Source: Candidatus Latescibacterota bacterium
Lineage (GTDB): Bacteria; Latescibacterota; UBA2968; UBA8231
Reading direction: 5' to 3'
Assembly (NCBI GenBank): GCA_964291625.2
Contig: OZ220090.1
Coordinates: forward strand, 1,024,001 to 1,088,000
DNA: 64,000 bases
A model generated the notes under the pieces. That model had not been told where the DNA came from. It ran no database searches and saw nothing but the letters and a program-made list of their open reading frames with translations. Below, piece by piece: positions 1 to 10,564 of the stretch (position 1 is the first letter of the stretch; every line of letters starts with the position of its first letter). The position numbers and the translations under genes are program-made.

Positions 1-632
1 TTCTGGCTGCCGGTGACGACCACGTCGATGCCCCACTCATCCTTCTTCAGCGGCATCGTGCTCAGGGTGCAGACGGCGTCGATGATGGTCAGGGCGCCGT
101 GGTCGCGGGCCAGGGCCACCATCTCCTGCAGATCTCCGGTGAGCACGCCCGAGGAGGTCTCGCCCTGGACCAGGGTCACGGCGTCGAACCGCCCCTTGCC
201 CAGGGCCTCCTCGACCAGGCCGGCGCACACGGGCCGGCCGTCGGGCCCGTCCAGGACCGTCACCTCGGCGCCGACGCCGGCGGCCATCTCGGCGAAGCGT
301 CCGCTGAACAGGCCGTTGCGGCAGACCAGCACCCGCCGGCCGGGCCACAGCAGGTTGCCCACGGCCATCTCCATCGCCGCCGAGGCCGGCCCGGAGACGC
401 CGTAGATGCGCTCGTCCCGGGTCTGGAAGACGTAGCGCGACATCTCGCGGATGTGGCGCACCACCATGGCCATGGTGTCGCCCACATGGTTGATGACCAT
501 GCCGCCGGCGCGCGCCACCTCCGCCGGCACCGGCACCGGGCCGGCCGTCATCAGCAGCAGGGGCTCGGCCGGCAGGACCTGGGTCAGGGGGGGCGGCTGC
601 GGCCGCCGGATGTCCTTGTCCACGGGGGTCAC
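1..632 (-). CDS. Alanine-glyoxylate/serine-pyruvate aminotransferase (PLP class V), 3' end outside window
   Basis: Manual minus-strand translation from GTG at 632: LLMTAGPVPVP...SGPASAAMEMAVGNLL...GETSSGVL...IIDAVCTL...DVVVTGSQ(K), with the PLP lysine at the window edge. Confidence 0.85.
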   Translation of the reverse strand, partial: MTPVDKDIRRPQPPPLTQVLPAEPLLLMTAGPVPVPAEVARAGGMVINHVGDTMAMVVRHIREMSRYVFQTRDERIYGVSGPASAAMEMAVGNLLWPGRRVLVCRNGLFSGRFAEMAAGVGAEVTVLDGPDGRPVCAGLVEEALGKGRFDAVTLVQGETSSGVLTGDLQEMVALARDHGALTIIDAVCTLSTMPLKKDEWGIDVVVTGSQ

Positions 633-644
633 GGCGGGTCCTCG

Positions 645-2048
645 TCAGATGTTGATCGACCGGCCGAAGGCGGCGGCGGCCGCCTCCATCACCCCCTCCG
701 AGAGCGTCGGGTGGGCGTGCACGGTGCCGGCCAGCTCCTCCCAGGTCGCCTCCAGGGTCAGGGCCAGACCCAGCTCGGCGATCAGCTCGGTGGCCTCGGG
801 CCCGACGATGGAGGCTCCCAGCAGGTCGCCGTAGCGGGCCCCGAAGACCAGCTTGATGAGCCCCGCCGTGTCGCCCGAGGCGCGCGCCCGGCCGCTGGCG
901 GTGAGGGGGAAGCGGCCCACCTTCACCTCGATCCCCCGGGCCTCCGCCTGGGCCTGGGTCAGGCCGACGCCGGCCACCTCCGGGTCGCTGTAGATGCACC
1001 GCGGGATCGAGGCCGGGTCCGGTCTTCCCCGCCCCTGGCCGGCCATCGCCTCGGCCGCCGCGGCGCCCTCGGCCGAGGCGGCGTGGGCGAGTTGCGGCGG
1101 CCCGATGAGGTCGCCGATGGCGAAGACCCCCGGCACCGGGGTCTGGTAGTCGTCGTCCACGGGGATCCGGCCGCGGTCGGCGCGCAGGCCGAGGGCGGCC
1201 AGTCCGAGCCCTCCGGCGTTGGCGGTGACGCCCACGGCCATGAGCACACGCTCGCCCTTCACCTCGGCGGCGCCCTCCGGGCCTTCGAAGGTCACGGTGG
1301 CGCGCCGGGCCCTGGACGTGGTCTTCACGCCCGTGACCCGGACCCCGGTGCGCACCTCGACGCCGTCGGCCTCCAGGGCGGCGGTGAGGACGGTTGCCGC
1401 TTCCGGATCCTCCCCCGGCAGGATCTGCGCCTCGGCCTCCAGCAGGATCACCCGGGTGCCGAAGGCGCCGTAGAACGACGCGAACTCCACGCCGATGGCG
1501 CCGGCGCCGATGATCACCAGGGTACCGGGGCGCTCGGGCAGAACCATCGCCTCGCGGCTGGAGATGACGCGCTCGCCGTCGATGTCGACGCCGGGCAGGC
1601 TCACCGGCCGTCCGCCGGTGGCCAGCAACACCCGCTCCGCCCGCAGGCGGACGGGGTCGCCGTCGTCGGGCGCCACCTCGACCTCGCGGGTGGGGGTGAG
1701 CCTCCCGCGGCCGCGCACCACCTCGACCCGGTTCTTCTTCATCAGGGCGGCGACGCCGCCGGACAGCTCCTCGACGATGCGGCGGCTGCGGCCGATGACC
1801 TGTTGCCAGTCGTGGCCGATCTCGCCGGTGGTGAGGCCGAACTCCCCGGCCCGGCGCAGCAGCCGCAGCACCTGGGCCTGGCGCAGCAGGGCCTTGGTGG
1901 GGATGCAGCCCCAGTTGAGGCAAGTGCCTCCGAGACGTTCATCGGCCTCCACCAGCGCGACGCGCAGGCCGAGCTGGGAGGCGCGGATGGCGGCGGCCGA
2001 GCCCCCGGGGCCGCCGCCGATGACTACGAGATCGATAGAGTCGCTCAT
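645..2048 (-). CDS. lpdA: Dihydrolipoyl dehydrogenase (E3)
   Basis: GGGPGG FAD motif, redox-active GGTCLNWGCIP, GAGAIGVE NAD motif, C-terminal HAHPTLSE. Confidence 0.95.
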   Translation of the reverse strand: MSDSIDLVVIGGGPGGSAAAIRASQLGLRVALVEADERLGGTCLNWGCIPTKALLRQAQVLRLLRRAGEFGLTTGEIGHDWQQVIGRSRRIVEELSGGVAALMKKNRVEVVRGRGRLTPTREVEVAPDDGDPVRLRAERVLLATGGRPVSLPGVDIDGERVISSREAMVLPERPGTLVIIGAGAIGVEFASFYGAFGTRVILLEAEAQILPGEDPEAATVLTAALEADGVEVRTGVRVTGVKTTSRARRATVTFEGPEGAAEVKGERVLMAVGVTANAGGLGLAALGLRADRGRIPVDDDYQTPVPGVFAIGDLIGPPQLAHAASAEGAAAAEAMAGQGRGRPDPASIPRCIYSDPEVAGVGLTQAQAEARGIEVKVGRFPLTASGRARASGDTAGLIKLVFGARYGDLLGASIVGPEATELIAELGLALTLEATWEELAGTVHAHPTLSEGVMEAAAAAFGRSINI

Positions 2049-2090
2049 GACGTTGACGGGAAAAGAGGAAAGAATCTAATCTAACGCGCC

Positions 2091-2561
2091 GTGAATCCCG
2101 CCGCCGACCGCCCCCTCGTCATCTACAGCGACGGCGCCTGCTCCGGAAACCCCGGACCGGGCGGCTGGGCCGTGGTGATGCGCTACCCCGACGGCCGCAC
2201 CCTGGAACTGGGCGACGCCGTGCCCGACACGACCAACAACCGCATGGAGATCCAGGCCGCCATCGAGGGCCTGAAGGCCGCGGGCGATGCCGGCGCCGTG
2301 GTCATGGTCACCGACAGCGAGTACCTGCGCAAGGGCATCACCGAGTGGATCCACGGGTGGAAGCGGCGGGGCTGGCGGACGGCGGCGAAGAAGCCGGTCC
2401 TCAACCAGGACCTGTGGCTCGAGCTGGACCGCCTCAACTCCGCCGCCGTGGAGTGGCGCTACACCCGCGCCCACGCCGGGGACCCCGGTAACGAGCGCTG
2501 CGACGAGATCGCCCACGCCTTCTCCCAGGGCTGGGAGCCGCAACTGACCCGGACCGCCTGA
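2091..2561 (+). CDS. rnhA: Ribonuclease HI
   Basis: IYSDGACSGNPGPGGW, TTNNRME, TDSEY, WKRRGW, NQDLW, HAGDPGNERCD. Confidence 0.95.
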   Translation: MNPAADRPLVIYSDGACSGNPGPGGWAVVMRYPDGRTLELGDAVPDTTNNRMEIQAAIEGLKAAGDAGAVVMVTDSEYLRKGITEWIHGWKRRGWRTAAKKPVLNQDLWLELDRLNSAAVEWRYTRAHAGDPGNERCDEIAHAFSQGWEPQLTRTA

Positions 2562-2576
2562 TCGCCGCGCGCCGGG

Positions 2577-3353
2577 TCACAGCCAGCCGCGCAGCCGGTA
2601 GACCACCAGACCCGCGTACTCCTTCACCGCCCGGGTGCTGCCGTCGAGGGCCTCCAGGTCCGGCAGCAGCCGCCAGGGCGAGAACGGCTTGTCCACGACG
2701 CGGAAGTCCGTCGGCGCCGGCACCACGTCGACCCCCGCCTTGCGGAAGACCGCCGCCGCCCGCGGCATGTGGCGGGCCGAGGTCACCAGCAGCACCCGCT
2801 TCAGGCCGCGCTCTTCCAGGAGCCGCGCCGTGTACACGGCGTTCTCGCGGGTGTTGCGCGACCGGCTCTCCAGCAGCAGCTGACCGGGCTCGACGCCGAG
2901 CTCGGCCGCGAGGCGGGCCAGGCGCGCCGCCTCGGGCAGGGTGGAGCCGGTCAGGTAGGGAATGGTCCCGCCGCTGAGGACCAGTCTCGGCGCCCGGCCG
3001 GCGCGCAGCAGCCGCAGGCCGTGGAGCAGCCGGTCGAAGGAGGCGTTCACCTCGACCTCGATGCGGGGCGGCAGCGGCGGCAGGGTGGCACCGCCGAGGA
3101 CGACGATGGCGTCGGCCCGCCGATACTCCTCCACCGGCGCCGGCGGGTGGCGCGACTCCAGGGAGCCGAGGAGCCGGTCGGCGGCCATGGGGTTGCTCGC
3201 CACCAGGACCACGGCGATGCCGGCCAGCAGCGACAGCCGCGCGGCGGCGGTCCGGCCCCGCCAGCGCAGCAGGGCGGCCGCGGCCCACAGACAGGCCGCC
3301 GCCCCCAGGGGGTAGACCAGGGGCGCCAGCAGCTTCGAGAGGAAGAGGAACAC
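2577..3353 (-). CDS. YdcF/ElyC (DUF218) family envelope protein
   Basis: N-terminal TM helices, AIVVLGG, LSGG, ESRSRNTRENA, LVTSARHMPRA, PAPTDF. Confidence 0.9.
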   Translation of the reverse strand: MFLFLSKLLAPLVYPLGAAACLWAAAALLRWRGRTAAARLSLLAGIAVVLVASNPMAADRLLGSLESRHPPAPVEEYRRADAIVVLGGATLPPLPPRIEVEVNASFDRLLHGLRLLRAGRAPRLVLSGGTIPYLTGSTLPEAARLARLAAELGVEPGQLLLESRSRNTRENAVYTARLLEERGLKRVLLVTSARHMPRAAAVFRKAGVDVVPAPTDFRVVDKPFSPWRLLPDLEALDGSTRAVKEYAGLVVYRLRGWL

Positions 3354-3895
3354 TCAGTCCGGCAGGGGCAGGCGCAGGCGCCGGGCCATCTCGCAGGTGA
3401 CCGCCGCCAGCTGCTCGACGCGCTGGCGCACCTCGCCGCTGGAGATCGACTCGCCGTCGAAGTCGTCGGTCAGGGCATAGACCTGGCGGGGCACGATCCA
3501 GGCGCGCAGGTCGAACATCAGGCTCTGCACCACCGACAGCACGCTCATGTAGCCGAAGCGCCCCCCGGCGGTCGCCATGAGGCCCACGACCTTGCCCGCC
3601 ATGGCGGGTCCGCAGTGTTCGATGACCGCCTTCAGGGTGGCGTTCATGTTGAAGTTGTACACCGGGAAGCAGAGGATCACGCCGTGGGCCCCGGCGAGCA
3701 GGTCCCGCATCTTCTCGGCGCCGTCGGAGGCTCCCTCCCCGTAGGGCAGGATGCTCCCCCCTGGGCCTCGAGCATCAGGGCGCTGGCCCCCTGGCCGCGC
3801 AGGGCCTCGCCCATGGACCGGCAGAGCACGGCCGTGAGGCTGGAGGGCGCGGCGCCGGCGTCGACGACGGCGATGCGGGGGGCGGTCTCGGTCAT
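3354..3895 (-). pseudogene. NADPH-dependent FMN reductase (flavodoxin-like), frameshifted at a G6 run (3756-3761)
   Basis: N-terminus MTETAPRIAVVD... (ORF 3677-3895) and C-terminus FPVYNFNMNATLKAVIE...GKVVGLMATAGG (ORF ending 3354) lie in different frames and join at the homopolymer; may be a sequencing error. Confidence 0.75.
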
Positions 3896-3951
3896 GGCGG
3901 GGTCCGGGCGGCGGTGTAATATATGCCGACCACAACCGAGGAGAGATCCCC

Positions 3952-4710
3952 ATGCCCACGCTCCGCCTCACCGCCCTGCTGCTGCTCGCCGCCGCCCCCG
4001 TGCTCTCCGAGCGCGTCCAGGACCCTCCACCCCAGGTGCCGGAGACGGTGATCCCCAGGGCCGCCGGAGCCATCGTCGTCGACGGCGACCCCGGGGACGC
4101 CGCCTGGAGGCAGGCCCCGCCCCTGGAGTTCATCTTCCCCTGGGACGACGTCTCCGGCGGCGGCGCCCAGAGCACGGTGGCGCGCATGCTCTACGACGAC
4201 GACGCCCTGTACCTCCTCTACGAGTGCGTCGACCCCTACCTGGACGCCGAGGTCACCGAGCACGACGGGCCGGTCTACGAGGAGGACGCGGTGGAGATCT
4301 TCGTCACCCCCAACCCGGCGGACGTGAGCGCCTACTTCGGGTACGAGATGAACATCCGGGGGGTGTGGCTGGACTACCTCGCCTTCGGCGGCGGCGAGCA
4401 CGGCACGAAGAGCATCCACTTCGAGTGGCAGGCCGAGGGCGTGCTCATGGGCACCTCCCACGACGGCACCCTCAACGACCACTCCGACACCGACACGGGG
4501 TGGGTGCTGGAGATGGCCATCCCCTTCGACAACTTCCGTCACCTCGGGGGCCGGATCCCGCCCGAGCCCGGCGACGAGTGGCGTCTGAACCTCAACCGCA
4601 CCAAGGGCTACGAGGGGCAGTTCAGCATGTGGTCGGACTCGCACGCCGACGAGGCCTCGTTCCACCACTCGGCGTTCTTCGGGCGGGCCTTCTTCGGCCG
4701 CAGGCCCTGA
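3952..4710 (+). CDS. Secreted carbohydrate-binding family 9-like (DOMON/CBM9) protein
   Basis: Signal peptide, IVVDGDPGDAAW, LYDDDALY, EDAVEIF, WVLEMAIPF, WRLNLNR. Confidence 0.8.
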   Translation: MPTLRLTALLLLAAAPVLSERVQDPPPQVPETVIPRAAGAIVVDGDPGDAAWRQAPPLEFIFPWDDVSGGGAQSTVARMLYDDDALYLLYECVDPYLDAEVTEHDGPVYEEDAVEIFVTPNPADVSAYFGYEMNIRGVWLDYLAFGGGEHGTKSIHFEWQAEGVLMGTSHDGTLNDHSDTDTGWVLEMAIPFDNFRHLGGRIPPEPGDEWRLNLNRTKGYEGQFSMWSDSHADEASFHHSAFFGRAFFGRRP

Positions 4711-4726
4711 GGGAGCGGGAACGGCG

Positions 4727-5470
4727 CTACTCCGTCCAGGTCTCGCCGCCGTCGGAGGAGCGCCGCGTCGTCTGCCTCCACAGGCGGAAGTCCTCGCCCT
4801 TGATGCGGCGGATGTCGGCCACCTCGGCGACGGCCTGCTCGACGCCGACCTCGCCGGAGCCGTCGGGGCGGTTGGTCTCGACGCGCAGGCTCTGGAACTC
4901 CACGTCCTCGCGGAGCAGTTCCCAGACCGCGTGCTGCACCCGCATCTGGCGCCGTTCCAGGGCCTCGCGCTCGAGGTCGCGGACCCGGAAGCGGACCTGC
5001 ACCTGGCCCATGTCCGGATCGAGGCGCATGCCGTAGAAGCGCCCGAAGCCGTCCTCGATGAGGTCGCGCACGTCGTCGAGGCGCAGGGCCAGGGCGGTGC
5101 GCGGCTTGCGCGTCGCCTCGTCGTCGTCCTCTTCCTCCTCGCGGCTCTCGGCGGCCCTCTCCTCCTCCCTCGGCCGGTCGCGGTAGCCCTCGAGGGAGGG
5201 CCCCCAGATCCAGGCCTCGATGCGGAACTTCACCCACTTGCCGTCGCGGGCCACCTCCTCGACCCGGGCGCCTTCGAGGAGGGTGCCGATCTGCCGGCCC
5301 TCGGGGTCGGCGCGGATGTTCTCGGAGGGCTTCTCCACCTCGAAGGTGCGCGAGGCGTAGAGCTGCACGGCGCCGGCGCCGGTGAGGCCGCCGGCCAGCA
5401 GGGCGAGCAGAACGGGCCCGGGCACGAGGAGGCGCCGCCAGGGGCGCCGGGAGCTTTGGTCTGGTTTCAT
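4727..5470 (-). CDS. Exported hypothetical protein with SH3b-like domain
   Basis: Hydrophobic N-terminus; ENIRADPEGRQIGTLLEGARVEEVARDGKWVKFRIEAWIW resembles bacterial SH3. Confidence 0.6.
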   Translation of the reverse strand: MKPDQSSRRPWRRLLVPGPVLLALLAGGLTGAGAVQLYASRTFEVEKPSENIRADPEGRQIGTLLEGARVEEVARDGKWVKFRIEAWIWGPSLEGYRDRPREEERAAESREEEEDDDEATRKPRTALALRLDDVRDLIEDGFGRFYGMRLDPDMGQVQVRFRVRDLEREALERRQMRVQHAVWELLREDVEFQSLRVETNRPDGSGEVGVEQAVAEVADIRRIKGEDFRLWRQTTRRSSDGGETWTE

Positions 5471-5729
5471 GGCAGCGGAGGGGGCCGGTGAGGCCCGCGG
5501 GCGTTCGGAGGGATGTTGCGACGGCGCGGCGTCGGCAGGCTAGCTTACCCGGGGCCCGACGCAGTGTCAAGATGACAGGCCGGCCGCCGCGAATCGTTGA
5601 GCCGGCCGCTGAACTTGCCCATATTCCCGGCCGGCGCCGAGCCGCCCCCCGGGCTCCCTTCCCGCACCCCGGGGTCGGCGGGCTTTGGCACGACGCGCGC
5701 CACCGACTCCCTCACAAGGCCCTTCCACG

Positions 5730-7678
5730 ATGACCGATCCGGCCGCGCGCGGCTCCGGTGTCACCTTGCGATCCCTGCTCACCGGCGTCGTCCTGTCGGT
5801 CTGCATCAGCACCGGCGCGCCGTACGGGAACATGGTGCTGCGCGGGTCGTACATGGCCCTCGACTTCTCCACCGCCGCGGCCATCTTCGTGTTCTTCCTC
5901 CTCGTCTTCCTGGTGCACACCGGGCTCGGGCTGATCGACCGGCGCCTGGCCTTCCGGCCGGAGGAGCTGGTGGTGGTCTACATCATGGCCATCGTCGCCT
6001 GCTCGATCCCGACGATGGGCCTCACCGAGTACCTCCTGCCCATCATCAGCGGCGCCCACTACTACGCCACCCCGGAGAACGAGTGGGCCATCCTCGTCCA
6101 TCCCTGGATCCCGTCGTGGATGGTGCCCCAGGACTTCACCGCCGTGAAGTACTTCTACGAGGGGTCGCCGCGGGGCCTCGGCATCCTCTGGGAGGCCTGG
6201 ATCACCCCCCTGCTGGCCTGGGTGCCCCTGATCCTCGGCATCTACTTCTCCATGGTCTGCCTCATCGTCGTGCTGAGAAAGCAGTGGATCGTGCGCGAGC
6301 GCCTCGCCTTTCCCCTGGTGCAGGTGCCCCTGGCCATGATCGAGGAGGACGGCCGCGGGCGCGCCCTGAAACCGTTCTTCCGCAGCTGGCTCATGTGGAC
6401 GGGGTTCCTCGTCCCCGTCGTCGTCGGCACCATGAAGGCGCTGCACAACTACTACAACTTCATACCCACCGTCGTCACCCAGACCTCGATCCCCCTGTTC
6501 CGCAACACCGCCAGCCTGTCGATCGCCCTGAGCTTCCCCATGCTCGGCTTCAGCTACCTGGTCAACACCGAGATCGCCTTCTCCATCTGGTTCTTCAGCC
6601 TCCTGGCCCGCGCCCAGGAGGGCGTCTTCGGGGTGCTCGGCGTCTCCTCCCCCGAGAGGCTGTGGTACGCCCCGCCCGAGCCTATCGTCGCCCACCAGGG
6701 CATGGGCGCCTTCGTCGTCATGGTCCTCTTCGGCCTGTGGACGGCCCGGGACCACCTGCGGGACGTATTGCGGAAAGCCTTCCGCGGGGACCCCGACGTC
6801 GACGACGGCGACGAGATCCTCTCCTACCGCACCGCCGTCCTCGGGTTCTGCGGCGTCAACGTGCTCACCGGCTGGTGGCTGTGGATGGCGGGCTTGGCCC
6901 TGTGGGCGGTGCCCGTCTACCTCGGGGTGATGTACCTCGTCTTCCTGGCCATCACGCGCATCGTCGCCGAGGGCGGCGTCGCCGCGGCCCGGGCGCCGCT
7001 GATCCCCTCCGACTTCATGCACTCCAGCTTCGGCAACACCGTCCTCGGCCCGCAGAGCCTGACCGCCCTCGGCTTCACCTACGTCTGGGCCGCCGACGTG
7101 CGCACCTTCGTCATGGCCTCGGCGGCCAACGGCCTGCGCCTGGCCGAGGACCAGCTCGCCCGCCGCAAGCGGGCCTTGTTCTGGGCCATCGCCCTGGCGG
7201 TGGTGGCCAGCATCGCCTCGTCGATCTGGGCGGTGATGCACATGAGCTACTCCTACGGCGGCATCAACCTGAACAGCTGGTTCTTCGGCCCCACCGGCGG
7301 GCCCGCCTATCCCTTCAACTTCATCACCCACCAGATGAACAACCCCGACGGCCCCGACGGCGTCGGCTGGCTCTCCACCGGCATCGGCGGCGGCGTCATG
7401 GCCGGCCTGATGTTCGCACGGCACCACTTCCTGTGGTGGCCCCTGCACCCCCTCGGCTTCGCGGTGAGCACCATCTCCATGACCAACTACCTGACCCTGT
7501 CGGTCTTCCTCGCCTGGCTGATCAAGTCGGTGATCCTCAAGTACGCGGCCCCCGCCTGTTCTACCGGGCCCGGCCCTTCTTCCTCGGCCTCATCCTGGGC
7601 CAGTTCTTCATCGCCGGCCTGTGGCTGGTCATCGACTGGGCGGCGGGGATGACGGACAACAACATTTACTGGGTCTAG
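5730..7678 (+). CDS. DUF6785/DUF6784-type multi-pass membrane protein (putative transporter), with a frameshift near 7545
   Basis: Many TM segments, RKQWIVRERLAFPL and WWPLHPLGF motifs; the expected tail (G)GPRLFYRARPFFLGLILG continues in another frame to TAG 7678. Confidence 0.75.
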
Positions 7679-7699
7679 ACGGAGATTCGAGAAATCGGG

Positions 7700-8614
7700 A
7701 TGACCTCGAAAATGGTGATCGACTGCGATCCGGGCGTCGACGACGCCGTCGCCCTGGTCCTGGCCCACCGCCACGCCGAGGTGATCGGCATCACCACCGT
7801 GAGCGGCAACGCGCCCCTGGCCGCGACCACGGCCAACGCCCTCCTCGTGACCGCCCTCCTTGGGGCCGACACCCCCGTGCACGCCGGCGCCGCGGGTCCC
7901 CTGGCCGGCGAGCCGGTCCACGCCTCCGAGGTGCACGGGGAGTCGGGCCTGGGAGGGGTCGCGCCCGTGGAGCACGACCGTACCCCGGCGAGCGACGACG
8001 CCGTCTCCTTCCTCCTCGACGCCGCCGGCGAGGACGTGTGGGTCGTCGCCCTCGGACCGCTGACCAACCTCGCCCTCGCCATCGAGCGCGATCCCTCCTG
8101 GCCGCGGCGGATCGCCGGCCTCTCCCTCATGGGCGGCGGCATTGGTCCGGGCAACTCCTCGGCGGCGGCCGAGTTCAACGTCTTCGCCGATCCCGAGGCC
8201 GCGGCGCGGGTCTTCGACTCCGGCGCCGATCCGGTCATGTGCGGTCTGAACCTCACCCGGCAGCTGCGCACCGACGACGCCTTCACCGCGCGCCTGCGCG
8301 GCCTCGACTCACCCGCGGCGCGGTTCGCGGTTCCGGCCTTCGACTTCCTCCACGGCCGGGTGGTGGCCCTCACCGGCCGCCGCAGCGCCGCCCTGCACGA
8401 CCCGTGCGCCGTCCTGGCGGTGACCCATCCGGAGCTGCTGGAGACGCGGCCCCGGCAGGTCCGGGTGGAGCTGGAGGGCCGGCTGACGCGGGGCATGACC
8501 GTGGTCGACGAGCGCCTCCTGAAGCAGCCCCCCGCGGCCAACGCCAAGGTGGCGTACTCCATCGACGCGGAGCGGGCCCTGGACCTGGTGGTGGAGGCGC
8601 TGGCCGCGGACTGA
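7700..8614 (+). CDS. Inosine/uridine-preferring nucleoside hydrolase
   Basis: DCDPGVDDAVA, VHGESGLG, LGPLTNLA, AEFNVFADPEAA, LHDP. Confidence 0.93.
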   Translation: MTSKMVIDCDPGVDDAVALVLAHRHAEVIGITTVSGNAPLAATTANALLVTALLGADTPVHAGAAGPLAGEPVHASEVHGESGLGGVAPVEHDRTPASDDAVSFLLDAAGEDVWVVALGPLTNLALAIERDPSWPRRIAGLSLMGGGIGPGNSSAAAEFNVFADPEAAARVFDSGADPVMCGLNLTRQLRTDDAFTARLRGLDSPAARFAVPAFDFLHGRVVALTGRRSAALHDPCAVLAVTHPELLETRPRQVRVELEGRLTRGMTVVDERLLKQPPAANAKVAYSIDAERALDLVVEALAAD

Positions 8615-8615
8615 C

Positions 8616-9251
8616 ATGGAAGAAGCCCTGATCTGGGACTGCGACGGCGTCCTCGTCGACAGCGAGGGGCTCAGCACCGCCGCCTGGCAGGCCGTGCTCC
8701 TGCGCCGGGGCGTGCGAGCCACCTCGGCCGACCTGGATCGCTTCACCGGCCGCTCCGACGACGCCGTCCTCGAGCACTACCGCCGGCTCACCGGCGACCT
8801 CCTGGAGGGGATCCTGGAGGAGCGCGAAGCCGAGTTCGAGCGCCAGGCCCGCGGCACCCTGAGAACCTTCCCCGGCCTCCCGGAGCAGCTGAGACGATTG
8901 CACGGCCAGGACCGCAGGATGGCCGTGGCCTCTTCCGGGCGGCTGCCGAGGATCCGGTTCTCCCTGGCGGAAGTCGGGCTGGACCGGTACTTCGAGACCG
9001 TGTGCTCCGCCACCGAGGTGGAGCACGGCAAGCCGGCGCCGGATCTCTTCCTGCTGGCGGCCCGGCGTCTGGCGGTGGCGCCGGGGCGGTGCGTGGTCAT
9101 CGAGGACTCGGTGCCGGGGCTTCAGGCGGCGGCCCGGGCGGGCATGCGCGGCCTGGGGTTCACGTCGAGTCACCCGGCTGGCGTGCTGAGGGAGGCCGGC
9201 GCCGCCGAGACGTTCGATGACTATGGGCGGCTGGAAGGCCTGCTGGGCTGA
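8616..9251 (+). CDS. HAD-superfamily phosphatase (beta-PGM-like)
   Basis: WDCDGVLVDSE, VASSG, GKPAPDLFL, IEDS. Confidence 0.92.
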   Translation: MEEALIWDCDGVLVDSEGLSTAAWQAVLLRRGVRATSADLDRFTGRSDDAVLEHYRRLTGDLLEGILEEREAEFERQARGTLRTFPGLPEQLRRLHGQDRRMAVASSGRLPRIRFSLAEVGLDRYFETVCSATEVEHGKPAPDLFLLAARRLAVAPGRCVVIEDSVPGLQAAARAGMRGLGFTSSHPAGVLREAGAAETFDDYGRLEGLLG

Positions 9252-9343
9252 GGGGCTGGAGAGACGGCGGAGACTCCGCAGGGCGCAGGCCGCGGCCGGC
9301 GACGCTGCAAACGCAATCGAACCGAGCTGGACCGGGGAGCGCG

Positions 9344-10564
9344 TCAGGCCGCCCGGGCGACTCTCCCGGCTCCGTCACGCAGGCGGCGGACCCTCCGGGC
9401 GAGATCGGCGACGAAATCCAGCAACTGGCCGACCTCCCCGGACAGGTCGAGGGACACGACCTCCAGCCGCTTCCCCGAGTGGCGGACCTGGTACTCCGCC
9501 GGCTGCGCCTCTCCCTTCGCGTAGATCAGCAGGCCGCCGGGCAGATCGAGGGCGGTGGCGTAGGCCAGGAGCTGGTAGAGGTCGGCGTTGGGGACTTCTC
9601 GCCCGCCGCTGATGTTCTTGTACTTCGCATCGCCGACGAAGGTGCAGGTCCGGCCCTCCCACCACGACAAGTCGGGCCTGAGCCGGATGTCCCCACCCTC
9701 GTCGAGGGTGACCCGGGGAGTGCGGTCATCGGAGCGGAAGGTATGCTCGGAGGCCCCGAGTTCCTCCCGCAGCGCCCGGGTCACGAAGCCCTGGAAGACC
9801 TTGTTCATGTCCATCAGGAAGCCGGGCGCGCGCAGGCCGCCCCGGTCGGTCTCGAAAGCTGTGTGCCGCAGGATGAGGCGTGACAGGGCCACGACCTCGC
9901 GGTAGTGCTCGTTCAACCGGTCGAACTGGATATCCGGCACCTCCTTCGGTGGGAAAGAGACCCGCGATACGTTGTCGAGCATCGCCGCGACCCAGCGGAG
10001 TCCGCCGCGGGAAGGCGCGTGCCGGATGCGCATCTGCCCGAGCAGCACGGCCGCCGCCTTCACCAACTGGTTCGCCAGGATGTCCTCCGTGAACTCGTCG
10101 TACCGAACCTCTACCGGAAGTGGCCGATCGAACCTGCGCCGGAGCTGCTCGGCGACCAGGATCCGTCCCCGGACCGTGTGCAGCGCCTCCTCCTCGGTCC
10201 GGTACCCGTGGAGCAGCCCGCGCGCGAAGGCCCGCCGGGCGGCGGAGACAAAGGCGGGAGCCAGCGTCTCGGTCAGCGTATCCGCCTCCTCGAAGGCGAA
10301 GCGCTCCTCCCGCAGATCGACCTCTCCCATCGCGTAGGAGGCGAGGAACAGCACCCGCGATATCTCCAGCTTGGGGCGGATGGATACCGAGAGATCGCCG
10401 AGCTCGAGGGCGCCGATGGTGGAGCCGGGTGTCAGGTACCAGGAGTCGTCGCCCGGAGCGGGCTCGATGTTCAGGGACGGTACCACACGGAGGGCGTCGC
10501 GCTCCGGCGGGGACAATGGCTCGGGGCCGCACCTCGTGTGCTCCTGAAGATCAAGCCTCCGCAT
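9344..10564 (-). CDS. mcrC: McrC-family restriction endonuclease subunit
   Basis: GLLHGY, VRGRI, YDEFTEDILANQ, DMNKVFQGFV, PD-(D/E)xK core LRPDL...GDAKYK, DLYQLLAY; ATG 10564 overlaps the end of mcrB. Confidence 0.9.
   Translation of the reverse strand: MRRLDLQEHTRCGPEPLSPPERDALRVVPSLNIEPAPGDDSWYLTPGSTIGALELGDLSVSIRPKLEISRVLFLASYAMGEVDLREERFAFEEADTLTETLAPAFVSAARRAFARGLLHGYRTEEEALHTVRGRILVAEQLRRRFDRPLPVEVRYDEFTEDILANQLVKAAAVLLGQMRIRHAPSRGGLRWVAAMLDNVSRVSFPPKEVPDIQFDRLNEHYREVVALSRLILRHTAFETDRGGLRAPGFLMDMNKVFQGFVTRALREELGASEHTFRSDDRTPRVTLDEGGDIRLRPDLSWWEGRTCTFVGDAKYKNISGGREVPNADLYQLLAYATALDLPGGLLIYAKGEAQPAEYQVRHSGKRLEVVSLDLSGEVGQLLDFVADLARRVRRLRDGAGRVARAA

Noticed and set aside
5685-5700. Possible sigma-54 promoter TGGCACG-N-GC upstream of the transporter
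   Set aside because: The -12 element lacks the TTGC consensus; likely chance in GC-rich DNA
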